From Trichinella spiralis (Eukaryota): a stretch of DNA of 64,000 nt. The notes beneath the pieces were generated by a model, which saw only the letters and a list, made by a program, of their open reading frames with translations, was not told the origin of the DNA and ran no database searches. Location of the stretch: contig NW_003526943.1 of NCBI RefSeq assembly GCF_000181795.1, positions 7,523,566 to 7,587,565 on the forward strand, written 5' to 3'. This document shows, in pieces, positions 43,069 to 55,600 of this stretch. A program made the translations under genes and the position numbers. How positions within the stretch are numbered: the stretch's first letter is position 1; the number at the start of each line of letters is the position of its first letter.

Positions 43069-46000
43069 ATGAATTTTTTGAATATGATAATTTTACGACA
43101 GTTGAAGTCATTTCCAGGTAACAGTTGTGTTTGTTTGTTTGTTCGTTTATTTGTTTAATTGTTTTCTTTGATGTACAGTTTCAGTTGGTAGATCTTCTTC
43201 TGTTCAGGGTCGTCTTCCAATCCAGTGGTCATGCAGAACTACCTACAGTAGGAGAAAGGATTGTTTTTTCTTTTTTTAATTGTCAAAAATATGCGATTGT
43301 TCTATTGTTCATTTTAAGAATATGTTGGCGAACAAAAGCCTGGCGACACTTTGACGGAAAAGTTGGATCGAGGCTTTCATTGGATGTTTCTTTCTGAACT
43401 GATTCGAGGTATGCTTGCTAGAGATTGCATTTTTTTTGTTTATTAGTCTATATTCAATTATATGATAAATTTCATCTTGCAACTTGCATTTTCACTAACT
43501 GTTCACAACCAATGATATGTACTTGCAAAATTGGGATTTTTAGTTAGTTAGTTTTTTTTTAATTTAATTGTAATCTCCATTCGATAAAATGAAAAGAAAG
43601 TACAAATATTTGGATAATGTTTAAAAAAAAATAATTTACATTTAATTATTCATTTCTGCATTTCTTTTATTAGATGGATGGCATACGTTGTACGATGATT
43701 ATTTTTGTGCTTAATTGAATTTCTGTGTTAAATTTTTAATAATTGTTTGTTGAAATTTTTGTTAAGCACTGGGCCATTTGTTTGGTTCTTTCTTGAAAGA
43801 GCCGGCCACGATTAATTATCCATTCGAGAAAGGTCCGTTGAGTCCGAGATTCAGAGGCGAGCACGCACTTCGTCGTTACCCCTCTGGCGAGGAACGTTGC
43901 ATCGCTTGCAAACTGTGCGAAGCAATTTGTCCTGCCCAGGTGAGTTTAGCATTTTCTTTATCAACAACAATTGATAAATTCAATTTAACATTCATATATG
44001 TATATATATATATATATAATATTCATTGTCATTTTCAAGTTCAACTTCAGTAGCGTAGTTTAATAATTTATAATATGAAATTACTACATTTCCAGTATCA
44101 TCAACACTGTACATATGCCGTGTGATTTATTTTGTTTTTTTTAATTTGATATTAGGCAATTACTATCGAAGCAGAAGAGCGTCCTGATGGCAGTCGACGA
44201 ACAACTCGCTACGACATTGACATGTGCAAGTGTATCTATTGTGGTCTTTGCCAAGAAGCCTGTCCAGTGGATGCCATTGTTGAAGTAAATTTTATTTTTT
44301 AATTTATTCAAAAATTATTGTTGTTATTGATGTTGTTTTTATTAATTGATGTCGATGTTTAATTTGGTAATTTTCAAAATAAGTATTTCACGCCATTTCA
44401 AATGTTTAAACAAATGGTTAATTTTAGTTTGTTTGCTTGTTTTTTTTTATTTTATTCGGTTTAATCATGAACAGCACACATATGCAAATCAGATATGATC
44501 TGTGTGAGTGAATCAGTGGCATGGGATTTTTATCAACTTGAAAAAACATTAAAAGAATGAAATCTAACGCTGAATGAAGTGTGTTCTTATTCAAAAAGAA
44601 AAGAAAAAGATTTTAATAATGATTTTAATTGTTTATTGGCGTGTTTACACAAAGCAAGCAGAGCTTGATAAATATTGAGAAAAGCAATGCAGTTGCGGTA
44701 TATAAACGAATGTTTCTTTTGTACAATTATTTACGAACGTTGGAGAAATATGATTAAAAAAAAATATGAACAGCATTATCAGTTTGCTTATACTGTTAAT
44801 TTCTTAATTATGCAGCAAAACACACAGTGGTGACGTTAAAATTTTATTTATTTTTTTAATTTTATTTTCATAATTATTTTTTTTATTGTTATCTGGAATT
44901 ATTGTGTCTGAAAATTATAACGCTCTTTTTATTGTGATAATTAAATTGGAAAAAATGATTCATAATTTTTAGAAGAAATTTCATTTTTTTATGTAAAGTT
45001 TTTATAATAATAATAGTATGGAACTGTTTCAAATTGAATTCACCTGTTTCTTTTTATTTTGTACATTGTGCAATTTGTGCAGCTGCTAAAATAGCAGTAA
45101 TAACAATTATTAGCAAAGTTCGGCTGTATCTCTCGCAGTTGAGAAGATTAAGAAAATTTACAATAATAAAAGAAAAAAAATTTTTTTTAATCATTAATTA
45201 ATTACTTGCTTGAACAGTTTTTGTTTCGATCTTTAAAGTATGATCATTTGGTATAATTATTATTGGATGTAATTATTTCATTTGCTTCTTCTTCTTCTTC
45301 TGTTTAATTATTTATCGAATAACATTGTCAACCTTTATAGACGTCCATTAATCTATCCTATGATTGATTGATCAATTTACACGACATTTCATTCATCCAG
45401 TTGATCAGTGATAAAAGTTCAACATCTGACTTTATTCAACTTTCACTATTTACACATTTACTATTGGAAAAAAAATTATAATTAATACGTAGTAGATGTG
45501 TAAATTAATTGACTTTATTTTTTGCAACAATTTGACACACACACGCACGCACATTTGCTCTTTCTGTTGAGAAATTTATTCTGTGAAATTTAGTCGGTTA
45601 ATTTATTTATAAGAATAGAAAGAGAAAAAAAAGAACACGCAAAAAATATTTTTATTATATTTTTTCCAAATAAATTTAAAACCATGTTGTGATCAAAAGT
45701 GAATGAATGAATGTGAGTTTCAGTGTGTTTGTGTTTTGTTGTTGGAATTTTGAAAATGGTTATGCTTGTTATTCAAATTAATGAATAAATAATAATAGAG
45801 GGAGCGGGAGTAGTAATTGGAAGGAATTTTGGCTTTTCTGATTTTCGGATGATGATGATTAAACATTTGATCTGATCTGATCTGATCTGATCTGATCTGA
45901 TCTGATTCTGATGACATCTCATCTCATCTCATCTGGTCTGATTTGATTTGATCAGATCAAAGTATCATCTTTCTTTCTCTCTTACTTTCACTGACTGTTG

Positions 46001-48463
46001 TTAATTAAACAGTTGACCTTCTCTGCTGTTGCTTCATCATGCTTGATGTTTAAATAAAATAAGAATAAGAATTACTTACCTCATCAAGCAACGTGTAAAA
46101 TGATGATGATGATTTGGTGTTGTTGTTGTTGTGCACGTGTTGAAATATAGAATCAATTTCACTTTTTCAATGCTGCTTGTTGTTGTTGTTGTTGTTGTTG
46201 TGCTCTCGTTGCGTAAGCTGAGCATCTTGTAGTAGTAGTAGTAGTTGCATCATTTTTCAACTGACCGCATTTTTGAAAAGTATCTCGTAAATAAGAAAGC
46301 AGAAAAAAGAAAGTAAACAAACAATCTTGTGCAGCAGAGATAATTAATTAATTAATTAATTGTACATTATAATCATTTTCATCTATTTGTTTTTTGTCGC
46401 AAAAATCCATTTTTTGTGAATTGAAAAATTTTGTTTTTGATTTAATCATTTTCGACAATTTAATATGCAGTGTTTTTTTTCCAATTGAAAAAGAATTTAT
46501 CATAAATTTCTTGCCCATGTTTTAACGCGTATCGTGGCGTGCAGAGAGAGAGAGGGAGAGGGAAAGAGAAACACACAGACAAAGAACGTGTGTGCAGCAA
46601 TTGAAATTTTGTCAATGGAATGCCAATTTGTGTATGATTGACAAATTTTCATTGCATTCGCAAAACGTCTCTTTTCCATGTGAAATATGCAAAATCGATC
46701 AGAGCAAGTGAAAAAAAAAGATAACAACAACAGAAATTTGCATTTGTTTCGATGTGAACAAATCACTTCCGGTTTAGAGGGGAGGGGGAGAGTAAAAAAA
46801 CAAACAAACAAATAAACAAACAACAAACCATTTCGCCCATTTTCCCACCGTGTTGTGGTCGGTCGGTGCAGAATTTTGTGCATTTCCCCTGTTGCAACTT
46901 GTCCACCAGCGGTCGAGTGTGAAGATGCTCGTCTGAACAGGAAGTGAGACCTGTTCTCTTTCTGCTTTCTTTCTTTCTTTCTCTTCGACAACAACTGCTC
47001 CTCTTTTTAGCATATTTCTGCGATGCGACACAATTTTGTATTATAATTTTACGTAGAAGAAAAAAAATCAAAACTGACAAATGAATAATTTGAAAAAAAA
47101 ATTTTTTTTGTTTTTTTTTTAATTCCAAAAACCACCGACGTTTGTAAAGTTGTCAGTGCCAGTGGAATTTTAGGAAAATGCCCTTCTTTGAACTCAACGG
47201 GAAATGTAATAAATGAATTAAAAAAAAGCAAATAATAACAATAATATGAAATCTACCGCAGTGTATATATTTGTTTGTGTTGTTCAAGTGGTTGTTAATT
47301 TGTTTAACTTGGGTGAGGATTTCTTTGTACTGGAACGTTTGTATATGTACATTTGTTGGTTGGATGTTTGGATGAGCAGATTTGTATTTGCCAAATTGAA
47401 TTGAACTTCCTCGTAAAAGATGAATGACTTGTTCAAGTGATTATGATTGTTATTAGCACATTTGTGCGACGACGTTCACGGTATAAAATAAGCTTGCCGA
47501 GTCTGTTGTTAACAAACAGTTTGAGACAAATATGTAATTGATATGCATAAGTGTTGTATAAATTTGTTTGAATTGGCACGTTTTCATAGATGTATTGCTG
47601 ATGTACGTACGTAGTATATGTATAGAAGAGAAGAGAAGAGAAGTTGGTGTTTTTAGGATGAATTTATTCTTCACCTTCGTCACACACACACACACGCAGT
47701 CGGTGAGCATGTGGAAAAATTCATCGACGGTGTTTTTCATTGGTTTAATTGTTGCATTTATTTTTAAATATTGCACGATCATTGGTCGAATTTCCAAGTG
47801 GAACAAACGACCAATTATCGCGTGGCTAAATTAGTTGAGTTGAGTTGAGAGTTAGGCGGTGTGTTTGATTTGTCAAAAAGAAAAACAAATGCCCGATACA
47901 CGTGAAATATGAAGAAGAAATGTCACGTGAGAAAAAAAAAGTTGTTGGTATGACAATTTTTTAATTTTAAATAATAATAGTAATAATAAATATGATTATG
48001 GGTGTTGAATTGGGCGAGAACGAACAAATAATATGCGTGTGTGTGTGTGTGTGTGTTGGTTGCGCTTTTGTCGCCTCGTCTCCATTATGATGATGATTAT
48101 CTCGTTCGTTGGCCGTTGAAATTGAATTGCCATCGGCAGTAGTTAGCAGCGGTGACTTGCGGCCATGACGGCGGCAACACCGGAAATGACCGTAACCTTA
48201 TTTGAGAATGGGGAAAAAAGTGAAAGAAAATATTTATTCTATTGAATAATTTTGATGTTAATAATAAAAAGAAAATAAAATTTTGTTTGATCGAATGGAA
48301 TCGAATTTTTGGTTGTTATTTTATTTTCTAGGGTCCAAATTTTGAATTTTCCACCGAAACACGCGAAGAATTGATGTACAACAAGGAAAAATTGTTGATG
48401 AACGGTGACCGGTGGGAAGTGGCAATTGCGGCAAATATTCAAGCGGATTATTTGTACCGTTAA
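43069..48463 (+). CDS. NDUFS8: NADH:ubiquinone oxidoreductase iron-sulfur protein 8 (TYKY/NuoI)
   Basis: Exons 43069-43117, 43179-43247, about 43319-43408, about 43767-43938 ([12 protein letters not shown]), about 44156-44284 ([12 protein letters not shown]) and 48332-48463 ([22 protein letters not shown]...ADYLYR*). Confidence 0.96.
45866..45957. repeat. (TCTGA)n / (TCTCA)n pentanucleotide microsatellite
   Basis: Tandem gatct units read directly from the sequence. Confidence 0.9.
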
Positions 48464-48579
48464 AAGAGAAAAAAATATATATATATTTTGGAATATAAAT
48501 TAAAATAAAAATTAATAATCGTGTATCTATATGTGTGTGTGTATGTGAAAGTTTGTCATTTTTCAAAAATGGCAAAACT

Positions 48580-48850
48580 CAGCAGGCGCCGCCGGTTAGC
48601 GCCGAAATCGAAAAAGAGAGAGGTCGCCGAAGAAGTGTGTCAATAGTAGAGCAGCGGGCGGCGCCGGCGGACGAGACGCGCGAAGATCACGAGAAAACGC
48701 GGTCGGCGTCGATGATTGGTCGATCGAACGGCGGTCGCTTGGCGCAGAAATGCGCGCGCGCGCGCCGAGGCGGCGTCGGCCAGTCAGTCAGTCAGTCAGT
48801 CAGTCAGTCGTAGTCGTCGTAGTCGTCGTTGTTGCCGTGCGCCTCGTGTG
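48580..48850 (+). promoter_or_regulatory. CpG/GC-rich island, likely promoter of the gene whose first coding exon starts at 49374
   Basis: Abrupt GC and CpG enrichment, including a (GC)n run and (CAGT)n, in an otherwise AT-rich window, about 0.5 kb before the ATG. Confidence 0.55.
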
Positions 48851-49373
48851 TACGTTGTAGTAGTTATCTGTGTGTGTGCGTTTTTAGTATGTGAAGCGCT
48901 GTACACAGAGAGACAGATACAGCCAGACAGAGAAGAGGAAAGTGAAGTGTGGAGATTATCATTTTCACTTTCATCCGGCAACAACAAGAGGAAGAAGAAG
49001 AAGAAGCAATTTTGACTTAACTTAACATCCACAGCATCGATTGTGTTGTGTGTGTGTGTGTGGATATAATTTTCTTCCATTGTTTACTGAAACAACAAGC
49101 GGTGGAATTTCCATAAGTTTTCAATTCAATTTCTCTTCATTTGAATAATTTCCCACGCAATAACCGACCGACGATCAACTTGTCTTATTCAATATTGATT
49201 CTCTTCTTTTTGGTATGATTTGTTGTTGTTGTTGGGAATTTTTTCACTTGTTTGTAGTAGAGAGATATTTTGTTGCAGCACTGGCAGCACGAACGTTTTG
49301 TTGCAGTGTAAAATTCGAAAGTAAAACGAAACAAAACGAAAGCTTTGCACCTTTGCCAAGTGATAATAAATAG

Positions 49374-49625
49374 ATGGCGGTAAATTTGGTCGCCGCCGAC
49401 GAGATGGTCCTCTGCTCTGTGAAGGAGGTGGAGGCGAACCCGCCGCCGTTGTTGTCGCCGTCTTCTTTGGGTGAAGATGTCTGCCAGCCGCCGTCCGCCG
49501 ACTGGAACCTGGACGATGTGTCGAACGAAAATGACCAATCGCTTGCCGCCGCCGCCGCCGGTTTTGTCGAAGAATTGGTCGACGGTTTTTCAATTGTTTG
49601 CTTCGAACGTCTCGACCTCATGCAG
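49374..49625 (+). CDS. First coding exon of a probable AUTS2/FBRSL1/Tay-bridge family protein; the remainder is not identifiable in the window
   Basis: 84 GC-rich codons ending EELVDGFSIVCFERLDLMQ at a CAG|GTAAAT phase-0 donor. Resembles the AUTS2 motif EDIIDGFAMTSFVTFEALE. Confidence 0.65.
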
Positions 49626-52600
49626 GTAAATAAATATATTTATTATTATTATTATTATTCGCGTTGTTTATGTTGTTTATTCTACTACTACTACTACTAC
49701 TGGTGACGACGATTATATTTTCCATTTTTTTGTCTTCTCCTACTTTCCATCTATTCGCTCTGGTTGGTTGTCTTCATGGGATTTCGTTGGTCAAAGTGTT
49801 GTTGTATATATATGTGTGTGTGTTAAATTTTCTTCAAATTACAAATCGTTTATTGACGATTAGGATAACGAATAATATTTCTGTTGTCGACAAATGAGAT
49901 CAGTAACCGAAAGAGAAACAGAAATCAGGTTCCATTTTTGGAGTTCATTTTGGACCCGTGCCACAACGGTGACTGTTTTTGGCGCGTTTGTCGATCGATT
50001 TTATCGGCTCAATCAGAGAGAAAGCTGAAGCTTTGTGTCCGTGTACTTTAGCCAACGGTGCTGCTCTTTGCGCATAGTCAGGCTCCGAACAAGCAGAAGC
50101 AGCAGCAACAACAGCAGTAGCAGCTGTCTTCAGCTTTTCCTCTTCCACTCGTTTTCACTTTCATTCTATGCATATGTATATATGTATATATATTTCAACA
50201 AGCTCATCTTTTTCTGCTCTGCTCTGCTCTCTCCCTCTCTCCCTCTCTCTATAGTTTCGTTTTTCTTCTTCCGCTAGCTGATCGAGCTCGAAGCTCGGCT
50301 TTTTCTCATCAACGGGCCGGCTGACTCTCCAAACTCGTCGTCGTTCAGCTTTATATAATAATCGCGTGCTAGCAATTTCCGCGTTCAAAATGTTTTGCAT
50401 CATTTGTTCATTAAAATCATCATTATCTATCTGTCTATCTTTTTTCTTCTTCTTTTATCATCATCCCCATCTCGGTGTGTTCTGTTTTTCCTTTTGTCAT
50501 TGCCACAGTAATCGTTGACTGGGTCAGCACCTCAGGACTAGTGTAAACAACAATAATAATCATAATTATTATAGCCCATCGGTCGATGATTTTCCATTTC
50601 ACCAAGCAAAAGCAGAGCAAGCTAAAATTAACCATCACGTTTTCTCTATTTCTATCTATCTTCATCTATCTCTCTCTCTCATTTTATGTGTGTTGCATAC
50701 GTGTAAAATCTGTTTACAATCTAGCTGTACGATTGCAACAGAAATTGCCAAATGGTGAAATAATTGGATGACGAACATTTCAACAAATTATTATTTAATC
50801 AATCGTGTGAGGTAAAAATGAATTTTCACAATAAAAGAAAAGACCACGGTGAAATGAATTCCAATGAAAAGCATATCTTGTTGTTGAAGGTCACGTATTT
50901 TATCATATAAATGTTGTGTGCGGGTATTTTGTCCTAAACGATACAGAGACAGAAAAAGAGAGACAAGGTAGGCGCAGTGGTGACGCACGCAACTGTGAAC
51001 AATGGATGTAGATAAGTTCAAATCATTTGAGGTTGTTGTTTAAAGTGATTTTCTCGATTGACGACGCTTCTGCCGCTATGGATCGATTCTCGTTCATTGT
51101 GTAACTTTATATAGTAATAGATAGATAAATAGATATAGACAGATAGATCTGTACGTCCATCTGTCGACCTGAATAAGATTTGGCAAAACGATTTCCACTA
51201 GCATGAATCTTCTTCTTATTCTTCCAATTTTGCTGCTGCTCTATTTTATTATTCACCACTCTCTGATGTGTGAAGAAGATGTCACAGAAAGGTGCTCCAG
51301 GTTTTCAGGTCAACTGTACAGTTTTTTCTTCCCTCCAAGGCAGGGCAATGACAATGCGTAAACAACATTGCGTTTTGATTCATTTTGCTTTTTCTTTTAA
51401 ATTTATGGATTTCATTTGAAAATTTCATTGCATTATTCATCCACTGCCAATTATCATCATCATCATCATTATTATTAATACAATTGTGTAATAAACAAGG
51501 TCATCCGTAACGAATGCTTGTATTTTTACAGTTCACATTATGGTTGTTGTTATTGTTGTTGCAAGTTTGACATTTGGAAACTGTGTGACTTTTCATAATT
51601 TCGTTACAGCAGAAATTTGAATTAGCAAACAAACAATCCCACTATATACTCTACGTGTGCTAGTGGGGAAAAATTATTATCATTTTAAAATTTCCTCTTC
51701 AACCACTCTCCTTCCCCCCCCCCCCCGCCTTTTCATTTGCTTCTTTGTATATGTATCTAGTCTGTTTTTTGCAGCACAACTATAGGAAATAATGCTACTG
51801 GAAAAAATTATTTGAAAATGAACCGCTGCGCAATTAGCGTTTCAAAACCTTTCCACTGTATTTTATTATTGCGGAATTTGTTGACAAAACGAATCAACTG
51901 ATAATTATAAATGTAAATATATATATAAATATAGACACACACTGAGAGATTTGTTTAACATCTGCACATGTAAATGATATAGTTGGTTGGTTGGTTGGTT
52001 GGATCTTTTTTATTTTGCATTCTTCCTTGTCTTCTCAATTTTATTTATTTGTTTATTTATCTTTTTGCATGCTTGTGAAGAACAGCTGACATCAGGTGAT
52101 CATCAACGTTCTCTAGTGGATTGGTCAACAACGTTGACCCCTTATTGGCATTGTGTGATTGATGTCTGCGTTGGGGGCAGGAGTGGCATAGGAGCATTGT
52201 TGGAATTTGACGGCTTTTCTTTTTTTTGTTCTCACTGTTGACACATTGTGTGGTTTATGATAAAATTACTGATCTTTATAAAAAAAAAGAATATTCATTC
52301 ATTTAAAAAGTTTAACAAATAATAAACACTTCTGTGTAATGTACACAAACGACATTAAGATATATATGTATATCTTAATTAGAGCTGTAGTTGCATTGTT
52401 GAGTATAAGTTTGCATTCGAAGTTGGCCATCAGCCAGGAAGCCAGTTTGACGCCAACCTGTTTTTCATCTGCGTATTCTGCATGCAAAATGCATATGCAA
52501 TGTGTTTGTATGTGTTTTGCATGTTTGCATGTACACATCATCATCATCATCATCAATATATGTCTGCGTTCTCTCGCACGCGTGTACGTTCACAATTGAT

Positions 52601-55600
52601 TTTCCATGTTGTGTTATTTTTAACTCAGCTGTCAACGTGATGCGAGAGCTTTTTGGAAAATTGTTTTTTTTTGCTCTTGCCCTTCAGATGAAATTTCACT
52701 GAAATTATTAATTTTCAAAAATTGTCTCTTTTCTTTTTCACATCACCTATTTATAGTCGTTATTTTTTGTAACTGTTGTTTTAATGGAAATTGGATATGT
52801 ATAGTTCTTTTGTTTGGTTTGTAGAAGAGAATTTTGAAAATTCTAACAATCAGTAGCAGCAGCAGCAGCTGCTGCTGCTGCTGCTATTGCTGCTGGGGGA
52901 TCATCGCATGTGCTGCGTGTGCATATTATATTTATGTATGCATGTATGTATAATTGATAATTTCGATTGGTTTGCTCGGGTCTGTTCACCGATTCGCCTC
53001 GGTGACCTCGGCGGTCGGTCATACATCCATGTCCGTCGTCTCCAGTTAGCCGCCATTGTGCATTTTTGATTCCTTCTTGCATTGGGGACTTTTTCTTTGT
53101 TCTCTGCGCTCTTTGTCACTATGTCCTCCAGGACGTGCATGGTCGATTTTTTCTCATCATTTTTTTTCTTCTGGTGTCATCGGCTTGATAATTTTTCGTG
53201 CCAGTCGGTTTCTCGTTGGTTTCAGACGTGGTGAAAGCACGTCAATTGTGTTGTGTCTGTGTGTATAGCTTTTCTTCCAATGCAGCAACAACAACAACAA
53301 CAACAAAATTGTTCACCTTTGGAATGAGAAGTTTTCCAACAGTTGACGTCATTAACAGCAGTAAGAAGGGGACGGAGGGAGGGTGACAAGAGATATTAAA
53401 AAAAGAAACAAAACAAGTATATCCTCCCACCCCACCCCACCCCACCCCATACCTTCGAGGTACAAATTGAGCTTGCGAAATCTGCTGCTGGCCGTGTGTG
53501 TGTGTTCAGTTGGATTGATTTTCTCTTTTGTTTCAATTTTTTTTCCTGCAAACGTGTTTTTCAAGTATGGAAAAAGATTTTTAAAATTCCTTTTTTTTGT
53601 TTGTTTGTTTGTTGCATAAAATATATTGATGACATCATCATCATCGTCGTCGTGGTCGTCAGTTGGAATTTGTGAAACCTTTTTGAATCATGTTGAAAAA
53701 TTTTTCATTTTTATTGTGCCGGTTGGTGATAGATAACTGAGGCTCAGTGATGGTGGTGGTGGTGGTGATTATTAATAATTTTTCAAATTCCATCAATTCA
53801 AAGTAGAAACTTTTGTTTGTTTTTTTTTATTTGCAAATTTTCCCTCACATTCACGTTTCGTGAAACAACAAAACAAATTTCCATATTCCCAACGAAGTGA
53901 CGACCAAAATAGACTGGTTTTTTTCAGTTTATTTATTTTTCAATGTTTCATTTTTCGATCCAGTTTCGGAAGTGGTTTGTTGTTGTTGTTGTTGTTATCT
54001 TTATCCAAAAACAAAATATAATAATTTAAATAATAATAATAATTAAAAAAATGTCCCATCAAATTGATGTATAGTTTGGTCGGTCGATTTGGGTAATTTT
54101 CAGCGTTTATACCGACCAACTTTGTCCAAGTGTTTGGTGCGCATTGCGCGCGACCTGCTTCCGCCCTCTTGGCGGTCAGTTTCTCGTTGATCGAATTACT
54201 TGTCGCGTGAAATTGATGCAATTACGCGTCGCTGCTGCTGATCCAGTCAGTCAGTCAGTCAGTCAATCAGCGGCACCAAGAACACAATGGACGCACATCT
54301 TTCACAATATGTGATGATGATGATGATCGCATCCGATGAGCATTTTCTATTCTAATTAATTATTATTAATATTTATATATGTGTATGTGTTTTTTGTTTT
54401 TGTTCTCATATTTCAAGTTGGTTAAGTTTTTGATCATTCAAGTAGTAGTGCTAGTAGTAGTAGATGATCGATAATTTATTATCAACAGAGAATAGAGTTC
54501 AGAACAATAGAGTGTTTTGTTATTTTTTTATAATAATAATAATAATATGAAATAAAAGACAGATGCAATGATTCGTCGACCATAGATAGGCTTGGGTTAT
54601 TTCCATGTTCCATGACAATTTTTGTCGACCAGGTCAAGCTGGTTGGTCAAATAAATAAATAAATATGCGGTCAGCAGCCAACCAGTAGTAAATCTTGTCC
54701 ATCTATCTGCATTGTGTGATCTTCTGTTGCTGTTGTGACCGACCGACCGACCGACCGACGGATTAGTTGTTATTATAGTCGTGAAATTCTATTCCAATTG
54801 TGTTGAATTTCAATTTTCACACATAACTATTTATTATACGCTGCTGATGGATTTTCCAATAAGTCGCGTTTTATCAGATACATCATAATCATAATCAAAT
54901 ACATATCAAATAAAATACAATTTGAAATCAAAAAAGAAAAACAAACATTGCTGTATGCTTTTGATAATGATCAGAAAGCCATCAGTCGACCAACTTTATT
55001 ATTCACAGTGCACATTTGAGCTTTGTGAATAATAATAATAATAATAATAGTAGTAATGGGCACAATTTGACGGTAGACGGTCAACTGGGTCGAAACAATA
55101 CAATCAATCTCAGCTGCACGCACTTGTTTCACATTGTCACCAATATGCTCGGCCATCTTATTCGTCTATCTATCTATTTGTCGGTCGGTTGTTCAACTAA
55201 TACCAGGTGCATGCATGCATACTGTATGCTTAGCATCTATGCAGCTGGGTGGTGATGATTTTTTTTATCTCAAGCAAACATTTATTTTGTTTATTTTGTT
55301 TTTTTTTGTATTATTCAAATTTATGTTGTTGTTGTTTTTAAATAATAATAATAATTTTTTTTGCATATTGACCGATTTTTCCATGCATACTTTTCTCACC
55401 TGATTGGTGGCGTTTGTTGTTCGTTTGTCACGCACGTGCGCGTTGAGATTGTTGACGCGTGCGTGTGTGGTGTCATCGTTGACTTTTTTTTTCTGTTTCC
55501 CAAATGTTCAGCTGTTGTCTGAACCGTTCCCGCACACATTGAACGTGCATGCGTGGACAATTTTTTCCATTTCATTCGCTCATATTCTGTCGAGTTATTT

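Noticed and set aside
46075..46262. Nested antisense exon in the NDUFS8 intron (gag|gtaagt donor)
   Set aside because: No sustained ORF or partner exons; a lone donor motif is expected by chance.
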